Assembly (NCBI GenBank): GCA_963784965.1
Contig: CAWATJ010000003.1
Span: 25,733-89,732 of the forward strand
Direction: 5' to 3'
DNA from: an uncultured Thermoleophilia bacterium
Lineage (GTDB): Bacteria; Actinomycetota; Thermoleophilia; Gaiellales; Gaiellaceae
DNA length: 64,000 nt
The notes under the pieces are model-generated. The model ran no database searches and was not told where the DNA came from. It was given only the letters and a program-made list of their open reading frames with translations. A program made the position numbers and the translations under genes. Every line of letters starts with the position of its first letter. Within the stretch, counting starts at the first letter, position 1. Positions 63,576 to 64,000 of this stretch are shown here, piece after piece.

Positions 63576-63640
63576 GTGGAGTAAGCGGCGACGCGGATGT
63601 GCCGTCGGCAGGTGCGTGGCAGCCTGGTGGGTGAAGGGGG
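63491..63640 (+). repeat. Local repeat family, copy E (most complete: 5' module, 3' module, TAG, extension)
   Basis: 'GGACGCTACGGCGCGGCACCTGACTCCTGTGGAGTGCGTGTTCTGCCGGGAGTGCTGGCGGCAGGAGTTCGGTAGTTCTGGGTAG' plus an extension that aligns with the tail of copy C. Confidence 0.8.
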
Positions 63641-64000
63641 CGCTGATGCGCCGACGCGACGTGAGTACCCCTTCAGCGTCGATGGCCACCGGGTCCCGCC
63701 CGACGTTGACCACTGGGCGATCCCCGACGGAATGTACTCGACGTCACTCACCACCAAAGAGACGCTCGCGCTGCAGGTTTGGGCATCGATTCCCGACGGC
63801 GCCGGCGGAACGTCGTCGAACGCCGCCTGGGCGGAGCGGGAGGAGCCGATCCTGCCGCGGCCTGAAGGACGGCAGCGTCGTCTGGCAGCCCTACCAGATC
63901 GGCACCGTCACGATCGCCAACCCCGCCGGCAACGGCGCCAACAGCGGCGGCTCCTCTGGCGGCTCGGGTGTTGGCTCGACCCCCACCACCCCATCCAGGC

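Noticed and set aside
60283-63640. The local repeat family as a CRISPR array.
   Set aside because: Spacing is irregular (about 0.15 to 1.8 kb), the copies are diverged or truncated, the intervening DNA carries genes, and no cas genes are present.

Overview
High-GC (~70% by eye) chromosomal window, most consistent with Actinomycetota: it carries nucS, a class E sortase, split LigD-type NHEJ genes and actinobacterial-style tRNAs. All calls come from reading the sequence and the ORF track, with no database search. Layout: (1) 1-6.1 kb is housekeeping: a Zn alcohol dehydrogenase, nucS, an MBL hydrolase, a cytochrome c lipoprotein, a Cof-type HAD, serS and a PAP2 protein. (2) tRNA-Ser(TGA) is followed by a ~1.6 kb AT-richer insert, and a 28-nt exact copy of the tRNA 3' end closes that insert. 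(3) 8-16.6 kb is cell-envelope and miscellaneous genes: GT2, SDR, crotonase, L,D-transpeptidase, CAP-domain protein and sortase E. (4) 16.8-49.3 kb is a very large Wzx/Wzy-type glycan locus. It holds a split Wzz/BY-kinase, two Wzy_C-family proteins, a heparinase II/III-like protein, about 8 glycosyltransferases, wecB, an AsnB-like amidotransferase and a priming phosphotransferase. It also holds two paralogous cytidylyltransferase + C-methyltransferase modules and an embedded Thr/Pro-repeat LPYTG surface protein. Three of its genes (ligase-like, Wzx, DUF4910) have disrupted reading frames. (5) 49.4-59.5 kb holds fabF, split NHEJ genes, an amino-acid ABC transporter, a GroES-like gene, tRNA-Ser(GCT), an ApbE/ferric-reductase-like module and a cation/H+ antiporter. 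(6) tRNA-Ser(CGA) is followed by a mosaic 59.7-64 kb region. This region contains a second tRNA-end direct repeat, a tRNA-Gly-like half, a decayed nuclease gene and at least 6 copies of a local repeat that reads as '...ARHLT...FCPECWQREFGSSG*'. This repeat family is the least explained feature of the window. Many long Arg/Pro-rich ORFs in the track are alternate-frame artefacts of high GC and are not reported.
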